Virus record (IMG/VR): IMGVR_UViG_3300020044_004040
Coordinates: 1-40,348 of that record
Direction: 5' to 3' (one strand)
DNA length: 40,348 nucleotides
DNA from: a virus
Taxonomy: Duplodnaviria; Caudoviricetes
Positions 5,446 through 13,642 of the stretch are shown piece after piece. The notes below the pieces were generated by a model. That model was not told the origin of the DNA. It saw only the letters and a program-made list of their open reading frames with translations, and did no database searches. A program made the position numbers and the translations under genes. Each line of letters opens with the position of its first letter. Position 1 is the first letter of the stretch.

Positions 5446-6012
5446 CTTAATCCAGACCTGAGTATTCTTAGCAAGTAATTCGTACTCTCCTTGATGGCGA
5501 TGGAGGAAGAGGTCAATACCTACCATCGGTGCAAGGCGTGGATCACCAGACTCGTGACCCCACGTGTAATCATCAAATGACATAATGCCACCAGACTTGA
5601 GCAGTGGCCAGCTTAGTTCACCATCAAGCAGCACACCAACAGTTGTGTGGTCTGCATCTACATATATGAAGTCAAAGATTGCATCTTTATTAGGGCGATT
5701 AAGAAAGTCCATAGTAGTTGAGGTGACACGCAATACTTGCGGGTAATGATCTGTCTTGTGTCGGTAAGTATCATAGACGCTAACAAAATCCATATCCTTA
5801 TGAGCTATCTCATCGCTACCTTGCCAGGTATCTACATCAGTAAGATAGCAATACTTACCAGTAAGAACGTTATCGCACATCCATACACTAGCGTCACCAG
5901 TAAATGCACCAAGCTGTAAGAAGCGAAGCTTATCTATACCAGCAAGTGGTGTAAGAAACTCTTCAAAGTTAAATTGAGCAGACTTAGCAAACCAGTTAGG
6001 ATAGTCGGTCAC
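5437..6012 (-). CDS. Class I SAM-dependent methyltransferase (Methyltransf_24-like)
   Basis: LQLGAFTGDAS, DVDTW, FDFIYVDADH, LKSGGIMSFDDY. Confidence 0.85.
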   Translation of the reverse strand: MTDYPNWFAKSAQFNFEEFLTPLAGIDKLRFLQLGAFTGDASVWMCDNVLTGKYCYLTDVDTWQGSDEIAHKDMDFVSVYDTYRHKTDHYPQVLRVTSTTMDFLNRPNKDAIFDFIYVDADHTTVGVLLDGELSWPLLKSGGIMSFDDYTWGHESGDPRLAPMVGIDLFLHRHQGEYELLAKNTQVWIKKK

Positions 6013-6185
6013 TTATTATCCGTACTGTAGAAACCAGGGCCATTGAATACAATACTAGGTGTGGACCAGACACGAGTAAGATTACCGTGACAGGTAGTGC
6101 AGATAGGTATTACTTCAGGGTCAGTCATCTTACGCTCGATAGTTACAACAGTCTTATCTGTTGGACATTCATACTCGTAAATCAA
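6009..6185 (-). CDS. FmdB-like zinc-ribbon protein
   Basis: IYEYEC...CTTC...RVW...FNGPGFYSTD; TTG start after GAGGTG. Confidence 0.8.
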   Translation of the reverse strand: MIYEYECPTDKTVVTIERKMTDPEVIPICTTCHGNLTRVWSTPSIVFNGPGFYSTDNK

Positions 6186-6306
6186 GCAACTCACCTCTTA
6201 ACATAAGAAACGTCATCTTACACATAACGCAAACCTTGGCACCGGATTCATCATAGGTGCCGTACTCTTCTAAGTTATTAGGGCATACCCCAACTGCACA
6301 CTTCAT
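6169..6306 (-). CDS. Small Cys-rich protein (45 aa)
   Basis: MKCAVGVC...CVMC; ATGA coupling with the upstream gene. Confidence 0.55.
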   Translation of the reverse strand: MKCAVGVCPNNLEEYGTYDESGAKVCVMCKMTFLMLRGELLDLRV

Positions 6307-6686
6307 AACTTGACTGCCTCCGATATATCTAAGTAACCTACTAACTTATCTACCTTGTAACGATTAGAGAACTCACTGGTAGCAGGCATACGATGTGTTA
6401 CCCACTCAGGTTCAGGTACATCCATCAGATCAAAGGAGTAGATTCCCTGCGGTGTACTGTTAATATAAAAGGGTAAGAGGTTACGCTCAGCTGATTGCGT
6501 GATGAGCTTCTTGTACTTCATTTCTTCTATAAGTAGCGTATCATAATGGGTATAGCGACATTTCAATTCGATGTAGTGACCAGCCTTCTCGCTGATACAG
6601 TCGAAGGCATCATAGATGCCAGGTGATTTAATCAGGTCAGGGTATAGAGTTTCACGTAGCTTATCGAAGAGGTCCTGTTCTTTCAT
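6303..6686 (-). CDS. PD-(D/E)XK-type nuclease-like protein
   Basis: E...FDC...YIELKCR motif. Confidence 0.65.
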   Translation of the reverse strand: MKEQDLFDKLRETLYPDLIKSPGIYDAFDCISEKAGHYIELKCRYTHYDTLLIEEMKYKKLITQSAERNLLPFYINSTPQGIYSFDLMDVPEPEWVTHRMPATSEFSNRYKVDKLVGYLDISEAVKL

Positions 6687-7315
6687 ACCCAGGGCGACCT
6701 TCCACCTAGTAAATCATTTAACTCACGCAGAGCGTGGTCACATCTACGATCAGCTGTGGTAGCGTGGCAACCCAATACATTACCTATCTGTGCAAGGGTC
6801 ATCTGTTCGTGATAGCGCAAGGTAAGTACCTGCCTATCTTCAGCGTCAAGCTCAGTAAACTGTTTCTTAATATCCATCAAGGTAGCAAGTAAGTTGCCAC
6901 CCTCAGCAGGTGAAGAGGAACCTTTAGGTTGTCCATCTAGGATCATCTCTTGTGCTGGTTCAAGGACTGTGCCATCTATGACTGATGCAATAACAAAGGG
7001 TAATAACTTAGCAAGCGTTGCACCTTGGTAGAAAGCTTCATCACCTGGCTGATAGCCAGAGCGTATAGCCTTCTCTCTGCGACAGTAACGCTCAGCTGCA
7101 CGTGTCATCTGCCACGCTAACTTCTGTTCGTTATGCTTACGCTGTTCAAGGTCAGGTTCATCAAGCTGTTCTTTAACCCAGCCTGCTCTGTTCATAGCCC
7201 AGAGTATGCACTCCTGTTTAATATCATCACGATCTACCCACTTATTGTACTTACTATGCACAGCCCGAGATACACTAGGCAGTAACTCAAGTACAAAGGG
7301 ATGGACTTTACTCAT
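6683..7315 (-). CDS. RNA polymerase sigma-70-family (ECF-like) factor
   Basis: Region-2-like DDIKQE..LW; C-terminal region-4 HTH LDAEDRQVLTLRYHEQMTLAQIGNVLG. Confidence 0.8.
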   Translation of the reverse strand: MSKVHPFVLELLPSVSRAVHSKYNKWVDRDDIKQECILWAMNRAGWVKEQLDEPDLEQRKHNEQKLAWQMTRAAERYCRREKAIRSGYQPGDEAFYQGATLAKLLPFVIASVIDGTVLEPAQEMILDGQPKGSSSPAEGGNLLATLMDIKKQFTELDAEDRQVLTLRYHEQMTLAQIGNVLGCHATTADRRCDHALRELNDLLGGRSPWV

Positions 7316-7449
7316 CTATGCTCCTGCCATTCATCGTTGATTTGTACTGCGCCACAGTCGTTGCACCAGATGTGCATTACTCCGTGAGGTTCGCAGTAAC
7401 AGGGAGCTGTGTCTAATACCCAAGGACCGTGAGGACAGTCATCATTCAC
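7312..7449 (-). CDS. Small Cys/His protein (45 aa)
   Basis: MNDDCPHGPW...CYC..H...CNDCG; fills the gap, coupled to the sigma gene. Confidence 0.6.
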   Translation of the reverse strand: MNDDCPHGPWVLDTAPCYCEPHGVMHIWCNDCGAVQINDEWQEHR

Positions 7450-7723
7450 GAGGCCAGTTCCCATCGAGTACCATCAGTGCAATAGCTGAGTAGTTCAGTA
7501 AGTCTATGAAGGAGTCGCGTAAGCTTTCGTTCTCAGGTGTTGCACCCGAGTCAATGAGGTGGTTGATACGCGCTGTCTTGTCGTGCATACGCACACGCAA
7601 TCCGTTGAGTGGACCACCTGGTGATAGGCTGATGTTTGTCGGACCGTAATCTCTGTGCTTACTGAGGAGTAAGTTACCTGCTGAGTCGAGGACTTCCCAC
7701 ATATCTGCGGCAAACTGATTCAC
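7442..7723 (-). CDS. DUF1599 / nucleotide-modification-associated domain protein
   Basis: KHRDYG..N, RMHDKxxR, ESLRDSFIDLLNY; start either GTG 7723 (coupled) or TTG 7822. Confidence 0.75.
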   Translation of the reverse strand: MNQFAADMWEVLDSAGNLLLSKHRDYGPTNISLSPGGPLNGLRVRMHDKTARINHLIDSGATPENESLRDSFIDLLNYSAIALMVLDGNWPRE

Positions 7724-7836
7724 CGTACCGGTATCGGCTGGACTGTGAGAACTAGGTTCGTACGGTCTATTGAGATGATCAAAAAGCCCATTTGTGTCAG
7801 TTTGTTTACCATATTTAGACAATCTTCTTCACTCAC
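7720..7836 (-). CDS. Hypothetical protein (38 aa)
   Basis: MSEEDCLNMVNKLTQMGFLIISIDRTNLVLTVQPIPVR; GTGA coupling at both ends. Confidence 0.5.
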   Translation of the reverse strand: MSEEDCLNMVNKLTQMGFLIISIDRTNLVLTVQPIPVR

Positions 7837-8480
7837 TCTCTCTCACCTATTAGTAATGCCTTCGTTGCCTCAGCACCGTGTGCCAAGTAGTAATCATTTA
7901 TATCCATACCAGGTGGTAGTGTAACAATAGTTGAGTTCAATATCTCGTTAGCCACACGCTTGGCAAAGTCCATTCCTGGATTCGATCCATCTTCTTTAAT
8001 ATCGTTATCACCTACCACATATACCGTGTCGTAGCCATTGAATAGCTTGGCAAAGTGTGGCTTCCAAGCCTGCACTCCAGGTACACCAACAGCTGGTATA
8101 CCTACCATACCGCTGGTGATAACAGTATCTAGCTCACCCTCACAGACCACAATATATGGAGATAGGGTCAACACATCTGTCACGTTATACAGGTGTGCCT
8201 TCTGTCCTGTAGGGCTACCATACTTAGGCTTACCGTCATCTATCCTGCGGAACTTAAAGCCTACGCAATGGTTCATAGCTGTTATGTATGGAATAGAAAT
8301 CCATCCTTCGTACATCTCGTGACCATTGATAGGTTCAACGATAGTACCCAGCTGAAACCTCGCTGCTACCTGTTCAGAGATCCCACGTTCTGCTAGGGCG
8401 ACGATTGCCTCGGGAGTTATTTCCTGAGCGTAGCGTTGCGCCGCTTCCAGTTGCAATTTCGATTGCGCGTTTGAGGCCAT
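7833..8480 (-). CDS. DNA primase, Toprim/catalytic part
   Basis: ISIPY, KFRR, KY, CEGELD, GDND, DIND motifs. Confidence 0.9.
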   Translation of the reverse strand: MASNAQSKLQLEAAQRYAQEITPEAIVALAERGISEQVAARFQLGTIVEPINGHEMYEGWISIPYITAMNHCVGFKFRRIDDGKPKYGSPTGQKAHLYNVTDVLTLSPYIVVCEGELDTVITSGMVGIPAVGVPGVQAWKPHFAKLFNGYDTVYVVGDNDIKEDGSNPGMDFAKRVANEILNSTIVTLPPGMDINDYYLAHGAEATKALLIGERE

Positions 8481-8757
8481 CCTTAAACTCCAAGTTCTCT
8501 AGTATGCAGACAATGTTGGCCGCATTCCCGCCTTTACCGCAGGTAAAACAAAAGTACAGATTGTCGTAGGTATTCATAGAAGCAGAAGCCCTACTGTCGT
8601 TGTGCATAATGCACTTCACGGATACGTCTTTGCCTTCCCTGACTTGACCTCCGTAGTGCCTGACTATGGCTCCTATTGGGATGTCGTTTGCGTCGACATC
8701 GCCTTTAAAGCCTTTAGATTTATGTGACCTGGACCAGTCTGATGTTGACACGGACAC
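8374..8757 (-). CDS. DNA primase, CHC2 zinc-binding part
   Basis: CIMHNDSRAS...YFCFTCGKGG. Confidence 0.85.
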   Translation of the reverse strand: MSVSTSDWSRSHKSKGFKGDVDANDIPIGAIVRHYGGQVREGKDVSVKCIMHNDSRASASMNTYDNLYFCFTCGKGGNAANIVCILENLEFKDGLKRAIEIATGSGATLRSGNNSRGNRRPSRTWDL

Positions 8758-8804
8758 CCCTTACAATCTTTGTGGTCTTTATTACTACAGCTCTGGCAAA
8801 TCAT
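8673..8804 (-). CDS. Small Cys/His protein (43 aa)
   Basis: MICQSCSNKDHKDCKGCPCQH; overlaps both neighbours. Confidence 0.55.
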   Translation of the reverse strand: MICQSCSNKDHKDCKGCPCQHQTGPGHINLKALKAMSTQTTSQ

Positions 8805-8928
8805 CTGCTTCATCCTCGGGTAGTTCTTCTTCGACCAGCTCTTCAACGACTGGTACGACTTCTTGTACAGGTTCTTCGGGATCTACCGGACCTGTTGATG
8901 TACTGATTACTCCTTGTGGTACTGGCAT
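8785..8928 (-). CDS. Very acidic small protein (47 aa)
   Basis: RBS AAGGAG; 15 Asp/Glu, no Lys/Arg. Confidence 0.65.
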   Translation of the reverse strand: MPVPQGVISTSTGPVDPEEPVQEVVPVVEELVEEELPEDEADDLPEL

Positions 8929-9066
8929 TTACTTCTCCTTAGTTTTAAGAGTTTTATTAAGTTGTTTTAGTTCTTTGAGGATAGCAAACAAAGCTATCGT
9001 AGTACCTTCTTCAGTGCCTTCAAAGTCATAGTATTCACTAAGTGTGTATATATCTTCACGCTTCAT
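8929..9066 (-). CDS. Hypothetical protein (45 aa)
   Basis: MKREDIYTLSEYY...; RBS AGGAG; ATGA coupling. Confidence 0.6.
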   Translation of the reverse strand: MKREDIYTLSEYYDFEGTEEGTTIALFAILKELKQLNKTLKTKEK

Positions 9067-9419
9067 TGCTTCTCTCCTATCCATTGTTCAAGTGAGCAGA
9101 TTACCCACGCTTTACTTATGCTGGAGTTGCGACGCTTCACTATGACGTAAGCCGGTGGCACTTCCCCAATACCCCGTGCCTTCGCATAGTTCTGCGCCTC
9201 AACTTCAGCCTCAGCCCAGAACTCTGGTAAGTTCAAGGACTTTCTGTTCTTTAACTCTAGTATGTAGGTCTTTCCCGCGACCATAACTACTAGGTCCCCT
9301 TCATCCTTAGCGCCAGCTTTAGTCAGGCGTTCCGCCAGGACACCCGGTATGCCGCGTAAGAATTTCATTACGTCGGTTTCAAAGACAGCGCCCTTGACCC
9401 GATCATATTTACTTGCCAT
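9063..9419 (-). CDS. Holliday junction resolvase (Hjc-like PD-(D/E)XK)
   Basis: KGAVFE, DEGDL, ILELKN, VIVKRR; start MASKY. Confidence 0.8.
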   Translation of the reverse strand: MASKYDRVKGAVFETDVMKFLRGIPGVLAERLTKAGAKDEGDLVVMVAGKTYILELKNRKSLNLPEFWAEAEVEAQNYAKARGIGEVPPAYVIVKRRNSSISKAWVICSLEQWIGEKQ

Positions 9420-9567
9420 CTTTACCTGTATCGTAGACAGCGTTGCCGTCCTCATCAATCTTTATCTTAAAGACTTTGAGTTCAATCAACGCCATTACAA
9501 GGTTAGCCATATCAGCCTTGAGTTGCTTGATTTCTTTTCTTAGATGTTGCATCTCGGTATTAGCCAT
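9409..9567 (-). CDS. Hypothetical coiled-coil protein (52 aa)
   Basis: MANTEMQHLRKEIKQLKADM...; TAATG coupling. Confidence 0.65.
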   Translation of the reverse strand: MANTEMQHLRKEIKQLKADMANLVMALIELKVFKIKIDEDGNAVYDTGKDGK

Positions 9568-10445
9568 TAGTCAATCTCATTTCCATACTCGTCTTGCTCA
9601 ACAATATAATTACCAGTATACCCATACCGAGCATCCCTTTGTAGCATTGCACCAAAGGCATTCTTGTCTGTGATTTGGCAGGCTCCGTAATTAACAGATA
9701 GTCCTGCATAGTCTGAGGCATCAGCTGTGTGTGGACCAAAGCGGTTCTTCACAGCTGCTATGTTCAGTTCTGCATTGAACGGATCGTAACCTAGAGTAAG
9801 GATGAGTGCCGGTAATTGGCTCACCTTGCCGTGAATAGCACGGCGTGCAGGTGGCTTCGTCGGTGATCCATACTCTGACTGTTCTGATACGTGGTGCAAT
9901 ACCAGTACGCAGGCTTCAGTCTTACGTGCCATATCGTGAAGCTCCATCATAATAGCTCGCAGTCCAGCCCACTCGTTATCTGTTTCTGCGGCTACGTTCA
10001 TCAAGTTATCTATGACGATTAACTCAGGTGCCTGTCCGTATAGTTCTACGTAGGCTTTGATCTCTAACTCAATATCATCTAGCGATGGTGATGAATCAAA
10101 GACCCACTTGATGTGCTTCAGTTTGTCAAAGTGCTTATCGTAATAGTGGCTATCGATAGATAGGTTCTGCTCAACTGCTGTCTGGTTATGACCAGATGAG
10201 TGAGCCGCAGCTCGCATCATCACGGTAGTAGTATCAGTATCAGCTGAGAAGAATAAGGTAGGTACGTTAGCCTTGATTGAATATATCAAAGCAAACATAG
10301 ACTTACCCGCGTTAGGTGCGGCTGCAACCATACAGACTTGTCCTCTCCGGAACTTTATCTGCTTGGCTGCAAGCCCTTCCCATACATCAGGTAGAGGTGT
10401 GGCTTTCGTGAGGACTGTACCCCACGCCCGTTGCAAAGTCAGCAA
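9567..10445 (-). CDS. dnaB: DnaB-like (SF4) replicative helicase, ATPase domain
   Basis: Walker A AAPNAGKS, Walker B LIVIDNL, VLVLHH, VKNRFG. Confidence 0.88.
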   Translation of the reverse strand: MLTLQRAWGTVLTKATPLPDVWEGLAAKQIKFRRGQVCMVAAAPNAGKSMFALIYSIKANVPTLFFSADTDTTTVMMRAAAHSSGHNQTAVEQNLSIDSHYYDKHFDKLKHIKWVFDSSPSLDDIELEIKAYVELYGQAPELIVIDNLMNVAAETDNEWAGLRAIMMELHDMARKTEACVLVLHHVSEQSEYGSPTKPPARRAIHGKVSQLPALILTLGYDPFNAELNIAAVKNRFGPHTADASDYAGLSVNYGACQITDKNAFGAMLQRDARYGYTGNYIVEQDEYGNEID

Positions 10446-10725
10446 CGCCCACCTCCTCTACAATTATGTTGAGTCGTCTGCGGATAGGGTTACGATCTGT
10501 TTCAGTAAGACCGCCCCATATCCCAAATCTCTCGTGCTCTAGCCCCCATCGTTGACATTCAATTTTATGAATGCAACTTTTACAAATGCTCTTTGCTACT
10601 TGTGCTTCTAGTCTTTTACCGTCTGCTCCAGAAGGGTGAATTACACCCCTCTCTATTTCAGGAAACCAGAAGTCGCCACCTACTGAAGCGCAGCTTGGGT
10701 CTTCATACTCCCAAGGACCGCGCAT
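10387..10725 (-). CDS. whiB: WhiB-family Fe-S transcription regulator
   Basis: C...FWFP...AKSICKSC...C...GIWGGL; start reassigned to ATG 10725. Confidence 0.92.
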   Translation of the reverse strand: MRGPWEYEDPSCASVGGDFWFPEIERGVIHPSGADGKRLEAQVAKSICKSCIHKIECQRWGLEHERFGIWGGLTETDRNPIRRRLNIIVEEVGVADFATGVGYSPHESHTST

Positions 10726-10729
10726 ACAA

Positions 10730-11122
10730 TTAGCGTACCCAGATAGTGTCGCACTTATCTGTTGCACCCTTTGGAGATGCACACATCCAACCCTGCCAAG
10801 GACCCTTAGCTGAGGTACCTGTCTTGTAAGACATAGCTCCGTGCTTACACATCTTGCCACCTTCTGTTGGTGGAAGGTTAGGTTGCTGAGATGGAGCTAC
10901 TGTTGTAGCACCTGGAAACACTTGTGCTACATTTGCAACAGCTGTAGCTAATGCGCTACCACCACCGAGTTCAGCACCTGTTGACTTGATAAGAGATGCA
11001 ACCATACCTAGATCGGCAAGGCCACTCTCTAGCTCACGTACATCTGTTGCATAAAGATTGATAAGTGTTCCGTCAGATAACTTGTAGTTAATCTGGAACT
11101 TTGTTGAATCTGGTGCAGCCAT
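10730..11122 (-). CDS. Hypothetical protein with C-terminal CxHG...WxC...C zinc-ribbon-like domain
   Basis: 130 aa; lies between the exonuclease and whiB. Confidence 0.75.
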   Translation of the reverse strand: MAAPDSTKFQINYKLSDGTLINLYATDVRELESGLADLGMVASLIKSTGAELGGGSALATAVANVAQVFPGATTVAPSQQPNLPPTEGGKMCKHGAMSYKTGTSAKGPWQGWMCASPKGATDKCDTIWVR

Positions 11123-12082
11123 TTACTTTCCTCCATTAGATTTGATATTTAGTCTTACTGATTCACTACCGACAACCTTCGGTACGAACCCTAGAAGTTT
11201 CTCAACTTCCTTAGAGTCAACGGTTTCACGACCTTTGACTGTTGTCCAGCTAATCTCGATACCACTTTTGGTGACACCGGTATTGCCTTCGAGCGAAGCC
11301 TTAAAGGAATCCCGTTCCTTTTCTAGCTCTTTGATCTTGCTGTCTAACTGTAAGTAGTGCAGTGCATTCTTGTCAACTTCATCGTCCTCTATCACTACTT
11401 CACTAAGGACGATACGTTCTTTTTTTAGACCACCACAACCCATTGTTTCTGTTGCGTCATAGTACTGACAGTAATCCTTACAGAATGATTGATCCTTTTC
11501 AGGTTCAGGTAGGGTTGTTGAAGTCTTAACCTCATTCAACCACGCAAAGGCTTCTAGTGCAACAGCTTCATCGTAAGGTTCTGTATGTACCTTGACATCC
11601 TTCTCAGCACCATCGCGTGCAATAGCTACCAAGTTAACTGTCTTGACTTCGTGACCATTCTTGGATAGAAGATAACCGTAGACCTGCACCTGCCAACGCT
11701 GTTGCTTTGATGGGAAGTAGCTAAGGTTCTTAACCTTGCTAGTCTTCCAGTCAATGACAGCACCAGTACTTGGTACGAATAGGTCAACGTGTGCCTTCAT
11801 ATCACCATAGGCAACTTCAGTTTCAACTAAGTATTCTTTACCTTCAGGATCTATATGACCAATAGCATCTTCAATAGCTGCGTGGATAGCAGTACCCATA
11901 ATTGCAGCCAGCTTAGATTGGTTATCGTTAGTTTCAGGTTGCGCGTTCAATCGGTACCAGACCTTACGACGGCAACCACCAATCTCTGATGGACCTACCT
12001 GTGTCTGTGTACTACGAGAACGACTAGCATCTTTGCTATGTAGTACGTGTAATAGTAATTCCTTTGGATCTTCAATCGCCAC
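11123..12082 (-). CDS. Cas4/RecB-like PD-(D/E)XK exonuclease
   Basis: PSEIGGCRRK, GTAIH, HVD...IDWKT, QVQVYG, CKDYCQYY...C (probable Fe-S ligands). Confidence 0.88.
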   Translation of the reverse strand: MAIEDPKELLLHVLHSKDASRSRSTQTQVGPSEIGGCRRKVWYRLNAQPETNDNQSKLAAIMGTAIHAAIEDAIGHIDPEGKEYLVETEVAYGDMKAHVDLFVPSTGAVIDWKTSKVKNLSYFPSKQQRWQVQVYGYLLSKNGHEVKTVNLVAIARDGAEKDVKVHTEPYDEAVALEAFAWLNEVKTSTTLPEPEKDQSFCKDYCQYYDATETMGCGGLKKERIVLSEVVIEDDEVDKNALHYLQLDSKIKELEKERDSFKASLEGNTGVTKSGIEISWTTVKGRETVDSKEVEKLLGFVPKVVGSESVRLNIKSNGGK

Positions 12083-12242
12083 CGTTTAACACCTCATCAA
12101 TCTTATCTAAGTATTTCATAGTGTTTTGTCCAATAAGTTCAATTATCTTATTGCCACATTCCCAGCAAATAATTTCATCGGCCCACTCAAAATCCTCGTG
12201 GACTTTTCTCATTTCATTATGGTTACGACAGATACCCCTCAC
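12072..12242 (-). CDS. Small C/H...CxxC protein (56 aa)
   Basis: MRGICRNH...ICWECG; RBS AAGGAG; GTGA coupling. Confidence 0.6.
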   Translation of the reverse strand: MRGICRNHNEMRKVHEDFEWADEIICWECGNKIIELIGQNTMKYLDKIDEVLNGGD

Positions 12243-12454
12243 GCTAACTCCTTCTCAATAGCCTGAATAGTTGGGCAGGGATAGGCAATCCAAAATCCTG
12301 TTTTTGAACAATGAATACAAACGGCTTCATTTGTTCTTGGCTTATGCAATTCCACTACTGAACGAAGGGCAAAGGAGTGTTTAACAATATTTCCTCTTTG
12401 TCCGTGTTCTATTAATTCTTCATCTATTTTTGCCAATAATTCATCGTATGTCAT
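12239..12454 (-). CDS. Hypothetical protein (LHxP...CxxC...YPCPT family)
   Basis: ALRSVVELHKP...CIHC...YPCPTIQAI; start 12454 or 12460. Confidence 0.75.
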   Translation of the reverse strand: MTYDELLAKIDEELIEHGQRGNIVKHSFALRSVVELHKPRTNEAVCIHCSKTGFWIAYPCPTIQAIEKELA

Positions 12455-12546
12455 TGCCATTTTCTATTGTCCCTCCAGACAAGCCACGTATCGAATCCGT
12501 ATGCTGCGACAAAGCCTAGCAATAAACCAAATAGAAAAGCAACCAT
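12451..12546 (-). CDS. Small membrane peptide (31 aa)
   Basis: MVAFLFGLLLGFVAAYGFDTWLVWRDNRKWQ; RBS AAGGAG. Confidence 0.6.
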   Translation of the reverse strand: MVAFLFGLLLGFVAAYGFDTWLVWRDNRKWQ

Positions 12547-12888
12547 TTATTCCAACTCCTTTTTAGTATCATCTTCAGATTCTTTTGTACCGAAGAGCCA
12601 TTCTACCAACGCGGGATTATCCTTAAGAGTGTCCACGATGTGGTATCCCACCAAGTCGCACACCTCTTCTGCATCGAAGCGCTTGCGATTAGCAAGTAGC
12701 GATTCGTGGATAACAGCGTGCGTCACCTCGTGCATTAGCACGTGGATCATTTTATCTTCTGGCAAGTTATGCCTAAGAGATATGCGATTGTTACCCGATA
12801 TGGTCACACCGTAACTATCTTCGTCGTGGTGTTTGTAATCAATCTTATACTTCTGACCGAAGATTTTTACCGAATAGATTCTAGGCAT
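12547..12888 (-). CDS. HEXXH zinc metallopeptidase-like protein (ImmA/IrrE-like)
   Basis: VLMHEVTHA plus downstream EEVCD; likely leaderless start at 12888. Confidence 0.8.
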   Translation of the reverse strand: MPRIYSVKIFGQKYKIDYKHHDEDSYGVTISGNNRISLRHNLPEDKMIHVLMHEVTHAVIHESLLANRKRFDAEEVCDLVGYHIVDTLKDNPALVEWLFGTKESEDDTKKELE

Positions 12889-12893
12889 AGCTA

Positions 12894-12911
12894 AGGATAG
12901 CACGGCGTGTC
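12894..12911 (-). promoter_or_regulatory. Leaderless promoter of the replication operon with GACAC motif
   Basis: Minus strand GACAC-gccg-TGc-TATCCT-tagct-ATG. Confidence 0.55.
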
Positions 12912-13001
12912 TAAGTTCCTATACCAAGCTGAGTATGTCTATAATACGAGCCGTAGGCGAGTTACAGTATGGCCCTCACGGGCCGACAGAATGGAGGCCC
13001 A

Positions 13002-13259
13002 GTGAGCCGGTTCCGTCTACTCACCCTGCCAAGAATGCGGGGCAGACGTCGCCTCTATGATGTCCTTCCTGAGCCTTACGGGGCCGATCTGAGGGACTTT
13101 GGCCCCCTTCACGTATGTTCCTGTGGGTCACAGGTCTTTAACGTGTCAGCTTCCTTTGAAGATTACGAGCTGGTCTGGTATGCCCTCGATGCTACCTGCT
13201 TCAGCTGCGGTGCTCTGGTCATAGTTCCTTGCCCAGTTGACAACCCAGATAACATCTGA
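13002..13259 (+). CDS. Hypothetical zinc-binding protein
   Basis: DLRxxGPxHVCSCG...CFSCG...PCP; GGAGG RBS before GTG 13002; TATAAT at 12940-12945. Confidence 0.7.
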   Translation: MSRFRLLTLPRMRGRRRLYDVLPEPYGADLRDFGPLHVCSCGSQVFNVSASFEDYELVWYALDATCFSCGALVIVPCPVDNPDNI

Positions 13260-13391
13260 TTATCATTCAGGTACTAACAGTTAGTTGGACTGAGATTCAC
13301 TCGCTGTGAGTGCTGGACATACCCACCTTGACGGCTTTATCTGATTGGTTTCAGATGAAGAAGATAGAGTGGGTTTTGTTCTTTCAGGCAT

Positions 13392-13428
13392 AAAAAAAGA
13401 GGCCCCCCACCCCGAAGGGCGGAGGGCC
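13392..13428 (-). terminator. Intrinsic terminator of the late/lysis operon
   Basis: GGCCCTCCGCCC-TTCG-GGGTGGGGGGCC followed by TCTTTTTTT. Confidence 0.9.
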
Positions 13429-13447
13429 GTAGCCTCGCAGTCAAACC

Positions 13448-13642
13448 TTACTTAGCTGATTTCTTACCAAACTCTGTAGCCTTTGGATCTAGTGCCTTAA
13501 GCAATGGACCCGCAACAGCAGCAACTCCTGCTGATAGCAAAGCCTTTGGATCTGTAACACCAGCAAGGTATAGTGCAATTACTGATGCGATTGCTGCACG
13601 AAGATATGTTGAGGCGATAGCCTCTAGCTTCTTCTTATTCAT
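13448..13642 (-). CDS. Holin
   Basis: 64 aa, two hydrophobic helices, basic ends, directly after the endolysin. Confidence 0.75.
   Translation of the reverse strand: MNKKKLEAIASTYLRAAIASVIALYLAGVTDPKALLSAGVAAVAGPLLKALDPKATEFGKKSAK

Noticed and set aside
10726-10860. N-terminal extension of WhiB in the ORF track
   Set aside because: Overlaps 10730..11122; the WhiB domain starts at ATG 10725
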